From contig KZ539050.1 in assembly GCA_000934665.2 (NCBI GenBank), forward strand, positions 1 through 35,143: a DNA stretch of 35,143 nt, in the 5' to 3' direction. Under the pieces are notes generated by a model that saw only the letters and a program-made list of their open reading frames with translations, was not told the origin of the DNA and made no database searches. Below are positions 11,056 to 20,599 of this stretch, piece by piece (position 1 is the first letter of the stretch; each line of letters opens with the position of its first letter). Position numbers and translations under genes: made by a program. This stretch comes from Catajapyx aquilonaris (lineage: Eukaryota).

Positions 11056-11658
11056 ATGGACCCTAGCGAGACCCAGAATGCCATGTATGATCCCACCATC
11101 ACAGATATCCTAACAGAGCCACAACACGTGGTCCTAGACACGCTCTTCCAGATGGTGCGCATCTGTAACAATGATGTGTCACATATAGAGCTAGGAATCA
11201 GTGTGTACCGCCATCCAGCTGGCATTCGCATTCGTGTATACGCACAGAATTCTACCAGTGGCCATGACCTCCCAAATCCCCTGCGTACATTCAGCTTCTC
11301 CATTTGGAATCCAGAGTTAATCGGCAACAAGGACAGCCAGTCAGCCCTGATGACCACCACATTTGCGGATGGAATCCCATTCATGACCACTGGGAGGTTG
11401 CTCCAAGATCTCATCTGCCGACTGCTGGATGATCCGAGGATGGGGTTTGGAAATGGCCAAGACCTTAAAGTGTTGCCTAATCAGTCCATCACCATTTTCA
11501 GGCCTATGGGACAACATGTGCTTGCTCATCGGTGCGTGAGTCCGGCCAGGTCTGCCTTGATGATCTGCTTCCACCACCTGGGGAACATATCTCGCACCTT
11601 CCAGCTACGTGACATCTGGACTAGGAATATCCTCACTTACCTGCCACCTTTTCTCATG
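11056..11658 (+). CDS. Exon 1 of F-box/LRR gene: 201-aa N-terminal region of unknown family
   Basis: Long ORF with a strong-context ATG (ATCATGG) and globular-protein composition. Ends at ATG|gtaaga (phase 0), after which the sequence turns AT-rich and intron-like. In frame with the exon at 14330. Confidence 0.72.
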
Positions 11659-11775
11659 GTAAGAGTACAACATCATTTAATAACAATATGCTTACACAGC
11701 ACATGACTTGCATAAGCCCTATATACCGCGCTAAGGCATTTTAATCAGACTCGTTAATTATTATTCATACATATT

Positions 11776-11882
11776 CAGGGTGAGCCAAAAGTCTGGACAC
11801 AGGTAATTGTATTGTATTGTTGGTTCACAACTGGCAATAACCTGAGAACAACTACCTGTGTCCAGACTTGTGGCTCACCCTG
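11776..11882. mobile_element. Short Tc1-like MITE
   Basis: CAGGGTGAGCCAAAAGTCTGGACACAGGTA ... TACCTGTGTCCAGACTTGTGGCTCACCCTG|TA. Confidence 0.8.
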
Positions 11883-12378
11883 TAGGATACATTCACGCAG
11901 CATTCATATGTCATAATTATATTGGCTGCACGATATGCCAATAGTGTTTGCTGTGACCACTATTTTGTTATAGCTATGCCTGAAGCATTCTCCTTTCATG
12001 GCTGCAACCACAATGTACATGGTGTGTAATAAGTTGTAGAGTATAAGGTCTCACATGAATTTCTCAGCAGCTTGAGCACATCCAAAAATCCAAATGACAC
12101 AATCCCCTTTCAAAAATGCAAAGAAAACATAACGGACATTTCATTTGGGATTACTTTGATAATGGTTGAAAGGGTAGGAAGTAAAATAAAATTATCTCCA
12201 AAAAAGTTATGATACTACTTTCACAGTCTACACTCTACAGTATGTTTTGAAGAAACAAAATGAGCTTGATCAATAATAATATAATTGGTGTGGTTTATTT
12301 TTTTTAAAGTCGTCCCAGTTTAAGGCGAAGGAGCACAACTGAACACTTTTTTTCATTATCTCATATGTTCTTCTAATG

Positions 12379-13707
12379 CAGTGGTTTTCAAACTGGGGTA
12401 CGCGAACACAATGTTGGGGGTACGCAAAAGATTTTGGGCAATGGCGTCCGCTTTCTATATTTTGTAAGAACCATTATCCTAATTCGCGATAATAATCATT
12501 ATAATACTTGGGACCAGGACAATACGGATTAATGGAACATAATCAAGTGGAAATATCGGCGGTCTGACTAGAAATGAAGAAATTACTTCTATAGTTCCCT
12601 GTATGGTCAATATATGCACCATGGTGGAACTTAAAAGTAGAGTACGTCTCCCAGCAGGTGCAGAACAGTCTTATTCGTTTCCCATTCTAGTGTATCAGTC
12701 ATCATTGTAAGGAACCTTGTCAGTTGTGGCCTGAATGTTGTTCGCAGTAGCAGTGGTGGAAGTTTCTCTATTCATGGGTTATGTGGCTGCTAAGAAAGTA
12801 ATTGAATCAATTGTTACGAAAAGGGCCTAAGTGCTGTGAACCAATTTGCAATTTCAACCCATTTCTGAGAAAAACACAAAAGAAATGTCCTACCCATTCC
12901 CATTCTTTCTTCCTATTATTATTTAGTGAAGATTTATCATACGCAGCAGAGGAATTTGACTGATGCTGTTTTCATTCAGCACGCGCGTTGAAACTCAAGA
13001 AGCAACATGACAGTGTTATCTCATAAATGTCAAATTTCGAAGCAACTGCAGAGGGGCCAGTGGAGGACAGTGTTCAATGAAAACATACTAGTATTGGAGC
13101 ACATTTCCCCCCAAAAGAGCACTGCTCTACCATGGGGTAAATAAAATAAAAATAAGTAAATAAATAAATATTGGAGCACATGAATCAATTGGCGCAACAG
13201 TAATGTTTAGATATAATATTTCCTGAGATGGACAATTGGACATGTCAGTCAATTGGATCAGAAATCCATTTGAGATTTCTTTACCACTTTTGCACATGTC
13301 AGTGCAGGATCACAAATTATCATCGAAATTTTCACGAATGGAAGTTTGTCTGAATTTGTGCCAAAACACTTGTGATTTTTTGGGCTGAAAAAATTGAAGA
13401 CTATCCAGCCTAGCAACCTGTGCTCTGAAGTATTTAATACCATGTGTACTACTACCTATTTGCAAGTTATTCGGAATTTACGTCAATGAAAACAAAATTA
13501 GATCATCGACTGTGTTGAGAAAGATCTCAGGCTTAAATTGACGCCACTTGTCCCTAATATTGTGTGAAAGAAAGAAAACTTGCCCATCACACTAACTAGT
13601 AAGTGCCCGCAATTACTATTGGTAGGTAACAGGATCGGAGTCGGGGTACAAACTGTCTCGAGATATTTGAAAAGGCGTACGCGACAAAAAAAGTTTGGGA
13701 AGCACTG
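12379..13707 (+). mobile_element. Deleted hAT (Buster/Charlie) transposon in the F-box gene intron
   Basis: TIR CAGTGGTTTTCAAAC / GTTTGGGAAGCACTG. 8-bp TSD TTCTAATG (12371-12378, 13708-13715). Frameshifted remnants WIRNPF, EDYP..ALKYLIP, TTYL, MKTK and VEKDLRLKLT..PNI match the hAT C-terminal dimerisation region. Confidence 0.9.
13105..13168 (+). mobile_element. 64-bp tail-only retroinsertion
   Basis: 13-bp TSD TATTGGAGCACAT (13092-13104, 13169-13181) flanks a CCCC..GGGG stem plus (AAAT)n. Confidence 0.85.
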
Positions 13708-14224
13708 TTCTAATGAATGAGTGAAAATGAACACATATGTGCATATGTGTATCTGTTTTATACTCCTTCAATTGTTTTGCAATATAGAGGATTTGCAAAT
13801 GAATCTGATCATGGGCACCAGAGACTCTCCAGGACTTGAGCATATGATCTTATTTCAATGGGCCAATCAGAAAAGGAATTTGTTGTACTCTCTTAAAAAA
13901 AAGAACAAAATACTAGTACAGGAATCCAGCAAAATCCAGGAAAAGTTAATCTGATAGTACGCAGCTGATCAAACATTTTCCTAGTGAAACCTCTATTTAG
14001 ACTCAAAAGCTGTATATCACTTCGAGTCGGGTGCAAGATCAATAACAAGCAGGAGTTATTCAACCAGAATGAGCCATGTTCACATACAATGTAAATAATA
14101 AGGCTCGTTCTGGATTTACCATAGGTGGCAAGTCAGCTCTACACATATTCTGAGTGTCTTTTGGCAATTCTCCTTCTTTGAACCTTTCTATCACACTGCT
14201 TTGTGGTTGTAGGCATCAAGTTCA

Positions 14225-14278
<54 letters not shown>
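14225..14278. repeat. (AAT)18 microsatellite
   Basis: Perfect trinucleotide run ~50 bp upstream of the F-box exon acceptor. Confidence 0.97.
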
Positions 14279-14279
<1 letters not shown>

Positions 14280-14329
14280 GGTATATCTATTCTCTGTATA
14301 AATTAATTATTCATTCTCCTTCCTTTCAG

Positions 14330-15454
14330 ATATCAGAGCCAGCAAATTTCTCCATCCTCCCCACAGAAATCCAACTGAAAATTGTTGGCTATTTGGGGCC
14401 CAAAGACCGGCTGTTAAAAGCAGCACTGGTTTGCAAAAGGTGGAGAAGGCTAGCTGAGGACGTCACCTTGTGGACCGAAACTACTGTCCTCATGAACTTA
14501 CTTCCAAGCACCGGACTCCCCGGAATTCTCAACAGGTTCCCTAAGCTGAAGAGGTTGGTCCTGTATGAATTCACCATGGGTTACCTAGAGGACTTCGAGT
14601 TACCCCAGACGGGTTTGGAAATGCTAGACATGTATAGTGTCAGCCTCAGACGTGGTCGGATTATGGGCCAAGACAGTAAGTATACCAGAAGCGAATCCTG
14701 CGTTCAAGATATCACCCGCATGCTGTGTCGATACCCTCTTGGAAACTGCGTCACAGTGTATCACATCGTGCTCAACCAGTATCACATCCGGAGGCCTCGC
14801 CATTGCTTCCTGGACACCTTCAGTGTTACTTGGAGGAATGAAGAGTTTAGTGACATCTATATCCAGCAAGTGCTGACTGCTATAAGTTGTAAGTATATCA
14901 AGATGTTGTCCCTCCGTGGCATACAACACGATCTATCATACCAACTTGTGGGACGTTGTGTGAACCTCCACACGCTCGAATTGGACTTGAAGGACTTTGG
15001 GATAACACCAGAGAACCTCTTAAGAGGAGTCGGAAACATTCACGGGCTTCGAAAGCTATCTCTAAATTTCACACGATCGAATGATGAAGAGGAGTTGCTT
15101 CCTATTCCGAGTTCAAAAGTGTTTCAAGAATTGTTCGGCAGCCCTGGATTTCCCTCATTGGAGTACCTGAGTCTTAAGTCAGCTTCAAGCGTGGACGACA
15201 AGTGCGCCAAAATAATTGCCTGTGCCAGCCCCAGGCTCCGTGTCCTCACTCTTCAGCACACCCAGGTTACCATTCAGGGCTACTTGAACATCGCTGATCG
15301 ATGCCACCACCTAAAAACTCTCTGCATAGATGAATCTCTCCGTGATGAGCAAGACTCCCTGACCGACGAAGAACTCTCAGCCATACTGCTTCAAAGAGGT
15401 TGTCTCTGGATATCGCACTATAATGGCACTTACTCATCTACATACAGTGCGTAA
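14330..15454 (+). CDS. Exon 2 of F-box/LRR (FBXL-type) gene
   Basis: tcctttcag|ATA TCA... gives F-box FSILPTEIQLKIVGYLGPKDRLLKAALVCKRWRRLAEDVTLW. Cys-containing-type LRRs follow (FPKLKRLVL, CVNLHTLEL, GLRKLSL, FPSLEYLSL, SPRLRVLTL, CHHLKTLCI). TAA ends at 15454. Confidence 0.9.
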   Translation: MSEPANFSILPTEIQLKIVGYLGPKDRLLKAALVCKRWRRLAEDVTLWTETTVLMNLLPSTGLPGILNRFPKLKRLVLYEFTMGYLEDFELPQTGLEMLDMYSVSLRRGRIMGQDSKYTRSESCVQDITRMLCRYPLGNCVTVYHIVLNQYHIRRPRHCFLDTFSVTWRNEEFSDIYIQQVLTAISCKYIKMLSLRGIQHDLSYQLVGRCVNLHTLELDLKDFGITPENLLRGVGNIHGLRKLSLNFTRSNDEEELLPIPSSKVFQELFGSPGFPSLEYLSLKSASSVDDKCAKIIACASPRLRVLTLQHTQVTIQGYLNIADRCHHLKTLCIDESLRDEQDSLTDEELSAILLQRGCLWISHYNGTYSSTYSA

Positions 15455-15809
15455 GATCAAGATTTTCATCTCAACTAAAGCAGCATAAACCATTAAGCAA
15501 ATCAAAAAAATGTGCATGTACCCTCTTGTCTAAACATCAGAGTCGAGCTATCTTTTGGTAGTACGTAAGCCCCGGCATCATTCGTGATGCTGGCTATCCT
15601 GACTGCGGTTTTGCGTGGTTTTCCGTGGTCGGTTCAGTGTTATTATATTGTTAGGCCCACCTGTTAATTTCCTATTTTTACCCATGGTTTCATACTGTAG
15701 GCAACAATGTCAAATTACGAGATGGTCCTAAACTATATTGTAGTACTGAATTGGCAAATGCTGGGATAGATGTGCATCTCCACACTCAAAATTTTAGTAG
15801 GGCATACAA

Positions 15810-15815
15810 AATAAA
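15810..15815 (+). terminator. Candidate polyadenylation signal of the F-box gene
   Basis: First AATAAA I found after the stop, followed ~30 nt later by a GT-rich tract. Confidence 0.45.
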
Positions 15816-15880
15816 GTCACGTTAAATTTTTACCCCAAAACCATTGTCTGTTATTGTGTGTGTGTGTGTGTGGGTGTGGT

Positions 15881-16829
15881 CAGACATTGCTATCCTTGTG
15901 AGGATATTTTTCGCAAGTTTCCTATCCTTGTGAGGACCGAAAACCTTACGAGGACTTTTTTCAGGCCCTCATAACGTACACAGTCCTCACAAGGATGGCG
16001 GAAAATCAAACCAAGACCTCCTTTTTACTGTGAAAAAATAGGTCACCAAAATTTCGTGTGTATTTTGTAGGTTAGGTTAGGTTAGGTTAGTTTTAAATTT
16101 TTATTTTTGCCTGACCCTCACAAGGATAGCACTTTATAACATGGGTGTGTGTGTGTGTGTTTATGTCTTCAATAAGGTGTGGGGACGTAGGTCTGGGTTT
16201 CTACTGAAGCTGTGGGGACTAGTCCGCATTGTGGGGACATTTCTCGGTCCCCACAGTGTTTCACACACACTGTGTACTATTAGAGTGGGGACATGTGTAA
16301 ATTAGTGGGGACATGTCCCCACTATTTTCAGTTGTAGGGTTTCACAAAAGTCAATTTTTCTCAGCCTAGGTTAGTTAGTTAGTGTAGGGTAGGGTAGGGT
16401 AGGGTAGGGTAGGTTAGGGTAGGTAAGGTTAGTTTACACTCGCTTCGAAAAGTTGAATTTTCACGTCCCCACGCCTTAGGCTGTGTGTGTGTGTGTTCAT
16501 GTCTTCAATAAGGTCTGGGGACGGAAGTTTGTGCTTTTACTGTAGTTGTGGGGATGTCTGTCCCCACAGTTCGAATTGCGGGGACATTTGTCGGTCCCCA
16601 CAGTTTCACACACGCGATGTGTACTATTACAGTGGGGACATGTCTAAATCAGTGGGGACATGTCCCCACTATTTTCATTTGTAGGGTTTCACAAAAGTCC
16701 ATTTTTCTCAGCCTTGGTTAGTTAGGGTAGGGTAGGGTAGGGTAGGGTAGGTTAGGTTAGGTTAGTTTAGTTTACACTAGCTTCGAAAAGTTGAATTTTC
16801 ACGTCCCCAGGCCTTAGTGAAGACAAGGC
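15881..16829. mobile_element. Three TIR elements in tandem, each bounded by (GT)n
   Basis: Element 1 ~15881-16143 (GCTATCCTTGTGAGG / CCTCACAAGGATAGC). Elements 2 and 3 (~16161-16481, ~16497-16829) are copies of one family with TIR TGTCTTCAMTAAGG..TGGGGACG, internal GTGGGGAC repeats and (TAGGG/TTAGG)n. Confidence 0.8.
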
Positions 16830-17665
16830 TGTGTGTGTGTGTTCTTTACAGGTTATACAAAAAAAAATTATTCAGAGTAGGTTTATACACTGGCAAGCTG
16901 ATGGCCAATAGTATGATGTGTTGTCTCCATCTTCAATATTTTATTTCAGAAGTCAGAAATATAGGTCTACCTGCAGAAAGTACCACAGAGACAAGGAACT
17001 CAACAATAAATGACATAAATCTCCATTACACAAAAGGGAACAGCCTGTGAATGAGGAGCGAAGGCATAAAAAGAAACTGAATGATGAGCCGCTTGGTATA
17101 TCAGAGGCTAAGAGGAATAATTTATTTGTGAAATTGTGGTCACCCTGAAGTGGAGGGTCGTGCAATTCAATGTACGGTGAAAATGTTCTAACCAAGAATA
17201 TCACTTACGTCAGCCACTCGAGATATTTCGCCCTTTTCACACATCCATCATAAATTCATATCTGAAAAAAAACAAAAAAACACTGGTACCAGCATCTACA
17301 CTCCATACCAAATCAGGATGAGAGAGAAATAAGAAGCTTGGCAAGATCTGGATATTTCGTCATAAGTCTTGCATTTGACAAAAGTTTACTTCGGAAATTA
17401 TCATAGGCTTACATAAGGCATAAGAACTTCTCGTCTTTATGAGTTTCAGATCACAATCAGCTACTACTATTGCGGTGGGTTGTCAGGAACGGATAGAATT
17501 AATAAGGTAAGATGCTGGGTTGGATCTGCTTTTAAACCGAATATGAGTATTAAGAGTCCTCTGTGGACAGCGTGACGGACAAGGTTCCCACTTCCTCTCA
17601 TCTGCCTCTGGTAGGGTACCTTTTGACGCCAGTAGGCATGATTCACTCCTACAGGGAAATGTGTA

Positions 17666-17818
17666 CTATCGGGTTCAAATACTTTTGGCCACTTCATCCT
17701 GGTCTTGAAGCAACCCTTCGCACAGACCCCATGTTAAGTAGGTGTGTGTGTGTGTGTGAAGGGTTGCTTCTTGCTTCAAGACCAGGATAAAGTGGCCAAA
17801 AGTATTTGAACCCGATAG
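17666..17818. mobile_element. Palindromic Tc1/mariner-type MITE
   Basis: TA|CTATCGGGTTCAAATACTTTTGGCCACTT ... AAGTGGCCAAAAGTATTTGAACCCGATAG|TA. Confidence 0.85.
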
Positions 17819-18100
17819 TACCTCTTCAACAATACCCCACCCTCTTATGGTTAAGCTAAATAGGACATCCTAAAAGGGCCAGTGGTAATTTATTGACATA
17901 TGGGAAAAACCAGGCTGTTAAATGTGTGTGAATAACCTGAGATTTGTCCCTTAATATGCTTTCATTACAACCAGGCCTTAGTTTCGACTTTCGAGTCGTG
18001 TTACATTGGATTATTTAATCCATTTCCTCTTGACATAAGTGGGGTGTTTGCAAAGTAAAGAACATTTCTATGAAAGAAGGTAGGGCATCGGAAATATAAG

Positions 18101-18209
18101 GGGTGGAATTTTCGTCGTATTACTAGTTACTGCTAACTTAGCAGTACCTTTGCATTACACTGGTACTGCTAAGTTAGAAGTAACTAGTAGTATGACGAAA
18201 ATTCCATCC
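18101..18209. mobile_element. Short palindromic MITE-like element
   Basis: TGGAATTTTCGTC...AGCAGTACC / GGTACTGCT...GACGAAAATTCCA. A degenerate second copy lies at ~32050-32150. Confidence 0.7.
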
Positions 18210-18379
18210 AATGTGTTTGAACGTAGTCCATTGCTTGTTGTTACACGCAGTCCAGCATTTCTGCAGTTTTTCTAGCTCAGATCCATGGACCCTTCCACGA
18301 TGTTGTTTTTTATAATGGGGAATAGGAAAATACCAAAAGTTTTGTCTTGTGTCACTAGCCGTACAAAGTAGTTACCCTT

Positions 18380-18830
18380 GCCATGGAAGATTCCCAGTTG
18401 GCCTGTGACAGTTCAACTTGAGCAGGCAACTATTAGGCTGCACCACGGCTGTGCCATACCCAATGGGCGGAGGCCTTACTGAAACGAAGGTGGTGATGAA
18501 GGATGATATCCACCGCAGCCAAACTTATGCCCAGGACCTCCCGCTACGTATTGCAATGTCAATATCCTGTTACCCATTACAATGGTCTCCACAGCAGAAA
18601 TGTTTTCATCCATCACAGTAGTATCAGGCCTTCCAGGGTAGGGGTCACCTTCCAGGCTCTCTTGCCTACACTTGAAGTGAACACTCCACCTCTTAATCAT
18701 TGGGTATGATAGAGAATCATCCCCGTCTCTCTGGCATCCTGATTAATATCCGCAGCACTTATCTTCAAAGTTAGATGATTGATGAAGGCACAATGCTCCC
18801 TTTTATGTATCCTTCATACGAGGATGATGC
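18380..18830 (-). mobile_element. Decayed mariner transposase N-terminal fragment
   Basis: IKRWSVHFKCRQESLEGDPYPGRP..ENI.AVE..V and downstream KASAHWV resemble mariner HTH/GRP and KVxARWVP motifs. Boundaries approximate. Confidence 0.75.
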
Positions 18831-19245
18831 AATATCCTGTGATCAGGACAGGAATGCCTCTGCATGGTGACCAATTTTCATGTCTAATAGAAAATGCCTT
18901 CATGGAAACACTAATTAGTTTTCCAAACACCCCTCACAGATCATGGCCACTTCAAAACCCTTCCCTCCTCTACCCTCCTTGTCCTACTGAATTCGTCTAT
19001 CACAAAACACAAGAATCGTAAATATATTGGTAGCCTTTCCTGGTCCTGGTGTGGGGATTGATGGGCTGATATTGATGGTATTATGGTCATAAGGCTTCAA
19101 TTAACTGTAACACTTCATTACTGTAACACCCAAGTTCTGGAAGACAGTGAGCTTAGTGAGATAGCATAGCAGGAGCCACTATACAGGGTGAAGGGAAACT
19201 CGCACCCAATTGCCAGGTTGACTTATAGTACTCGTAAAACTAATA

Positions 19246-19846
19246 CAGTAAAACTACTATAAGTTGAACTTCCCTAAGTGGAAGTTCTCTATAAGTCGAA
19301 GAAAATGATGAGCTTGGTTGGTCACAATCTGAAAGAATAGGAAATAAACTTCCCTAACTCGAATTTCTATAAATCAAAGTTCTCCATAACTCGAAGTGCA
19401 GGCAGGGCCTTACGATGGGATATCAATGCATTTTCAGTCTCTCTAAGTCAAAGTTCATGTTGGCGAGTATGGAAAATTGTCTCATCGCCCAGCCGAAGAG
19501 TCGCGAGTATAGGCCACATGTACAGAAAGGCTCAATTTCCTGATCTCCGTCTACCAGACGTACCGAAAGAAGTGCTTGACTCGATTGTGAAAATTGAATC
19601 CTTGAATCTAAGAGTAGGCAAATGTCCATAACGGAGTTTTTTTTACAACAAAACAATGAGGAACATTGTAAGTGTGATACTGACAGTTATTTTAAAGTTT
19701 TGAACACCTTTCGTCATTGGATATAAAGGTAGGCTTCCTTATAGAGTTCTGTGCTTTAAAAAATCCAAACTTCCCTAACTCGAATCTTCTATAACTCGAA
19801 GTTTTTTTCCGGTCCCATGGAGATTCGACTTATAGAAGTTTTACTG
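19246..19846. mobile_element. pogo/Tigger-like MITE, nested in another Tc1-like remnant
   Basis: TA|CAGTAAAACT.CTATAAGT.GAA ... TTCGACTTATAGAAGTTTTACTG|TA. Internal TAACTCGAA repeats. TACAGGGTG terminus at ~19183. Confidence 0.85.
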
Positions 19847-20059
19847 TATAGGGATGTGCAATTAAGTTTTGGGCGCCATTGCATAGTTAATGCGTACAGA
19901 GCCATCAAAGTTTCATGACGTCACATCCGTTCTGCCAGCTATAAAGAAGCAAAAGCCAGCCTTCGGTCCATAACACATCGTCCATGTGCAATAGGTGATC
20001 AAATCCAGTCAGAGTAAGAATCCTGGTGCGACACCCGTGCACTTGTCATTTTTATCTCA

Positions 20060-20352
20060 TAATAATAAAAAATAATAATTCATTCCCCGTTATCAGCCAT
20101 CGGCTCTTTAGGGGGGAAGTTTGTTTTGCCTGGAACTCTTTGCTTTCATTTTACTGTGCTCTTTGGGATAGGATAGGGATGGAAGGAAGCGGCTGTGGCC
20201 TATTAATTGTGGAAGCAACTCCGGAATTTTCCTGGAAGGACCATGGGAAACCACAGAAAACCACGGTCAGAGTTGTCGGCCCCGGGATTTAATCCCAGGA
20301 CCTCCCGATTAGCAGTCGGACACCATATCCCCTCCTCCAAACTGCTTCGGTC
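20060..20352 (-). mobile_element. tRNA-derived SINE
   Basis: Minus strand: degenerate tRNA head (GAGGTCCTGGGATTAAATCCCGG), CTGACCGTGGTTTTCTGTGGTTTCCC core, CCCC..GGGG 3' stem and (TTA)n tail. Core fragment also at ~15595-15630. Confidence 0.8.
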
Positions 20353-20593
20353 ATTTTTACCTCATATTTTACCATCCGGCCCTCTACACTTTGAAGGCGC
20401 TGTATGCATCAACTACGCACCGGTGTCCAAAACACATCCCTACATTAGTTTTGCGAGTACTATCAGTCTACCTGGCGATTGGGCGCGAGTTTCCATTCAC
20501 CCTGCATTCAACATTTGAACTGTGCGTGCATCACCAATTGAGAGAGAGATCCTGATGTCCTCCCCCAAAAAACCAGCAATAACAGCAAAAATG

Positions 20594-20599
20594 TTTATT
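20594..20599 (-). terminator. Candidate polyadenylation signal of smaug (3' UTR ~2.3 kb)
   Basis: AATAAA on the - strand followed by a U/GU-rich stretch (TTTTTGCTGTTATTGCTGGTTTTTT). No recognisable TE between it and the stop codon. Confidence 0.45.

Noticed and set aside
10962..11414. 150-aa antisense ORF
   Set aside because: Shadow of the + strand exon; no independent splice or family evidence.
16068..16770. Telomere or interstitial telomere (TTAGG/TAGGG runs), or a CRISPR-like repeat-spacer pattern
   Set aside because: The tracts are short, internal to TIR elements and recur at the same position in sister copies. The context is eukaryotic, with no unique regular spacers.
16945..17460. Coding-looking fragments (PLGISEAKRNNL on +; FRSKLLSNARLMTKYPDLAKLL on -)
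   Set aside because: Short and stop-interrupted, and not assignable. Possibly decayed TE or viral sequence, but unsupported without a search.
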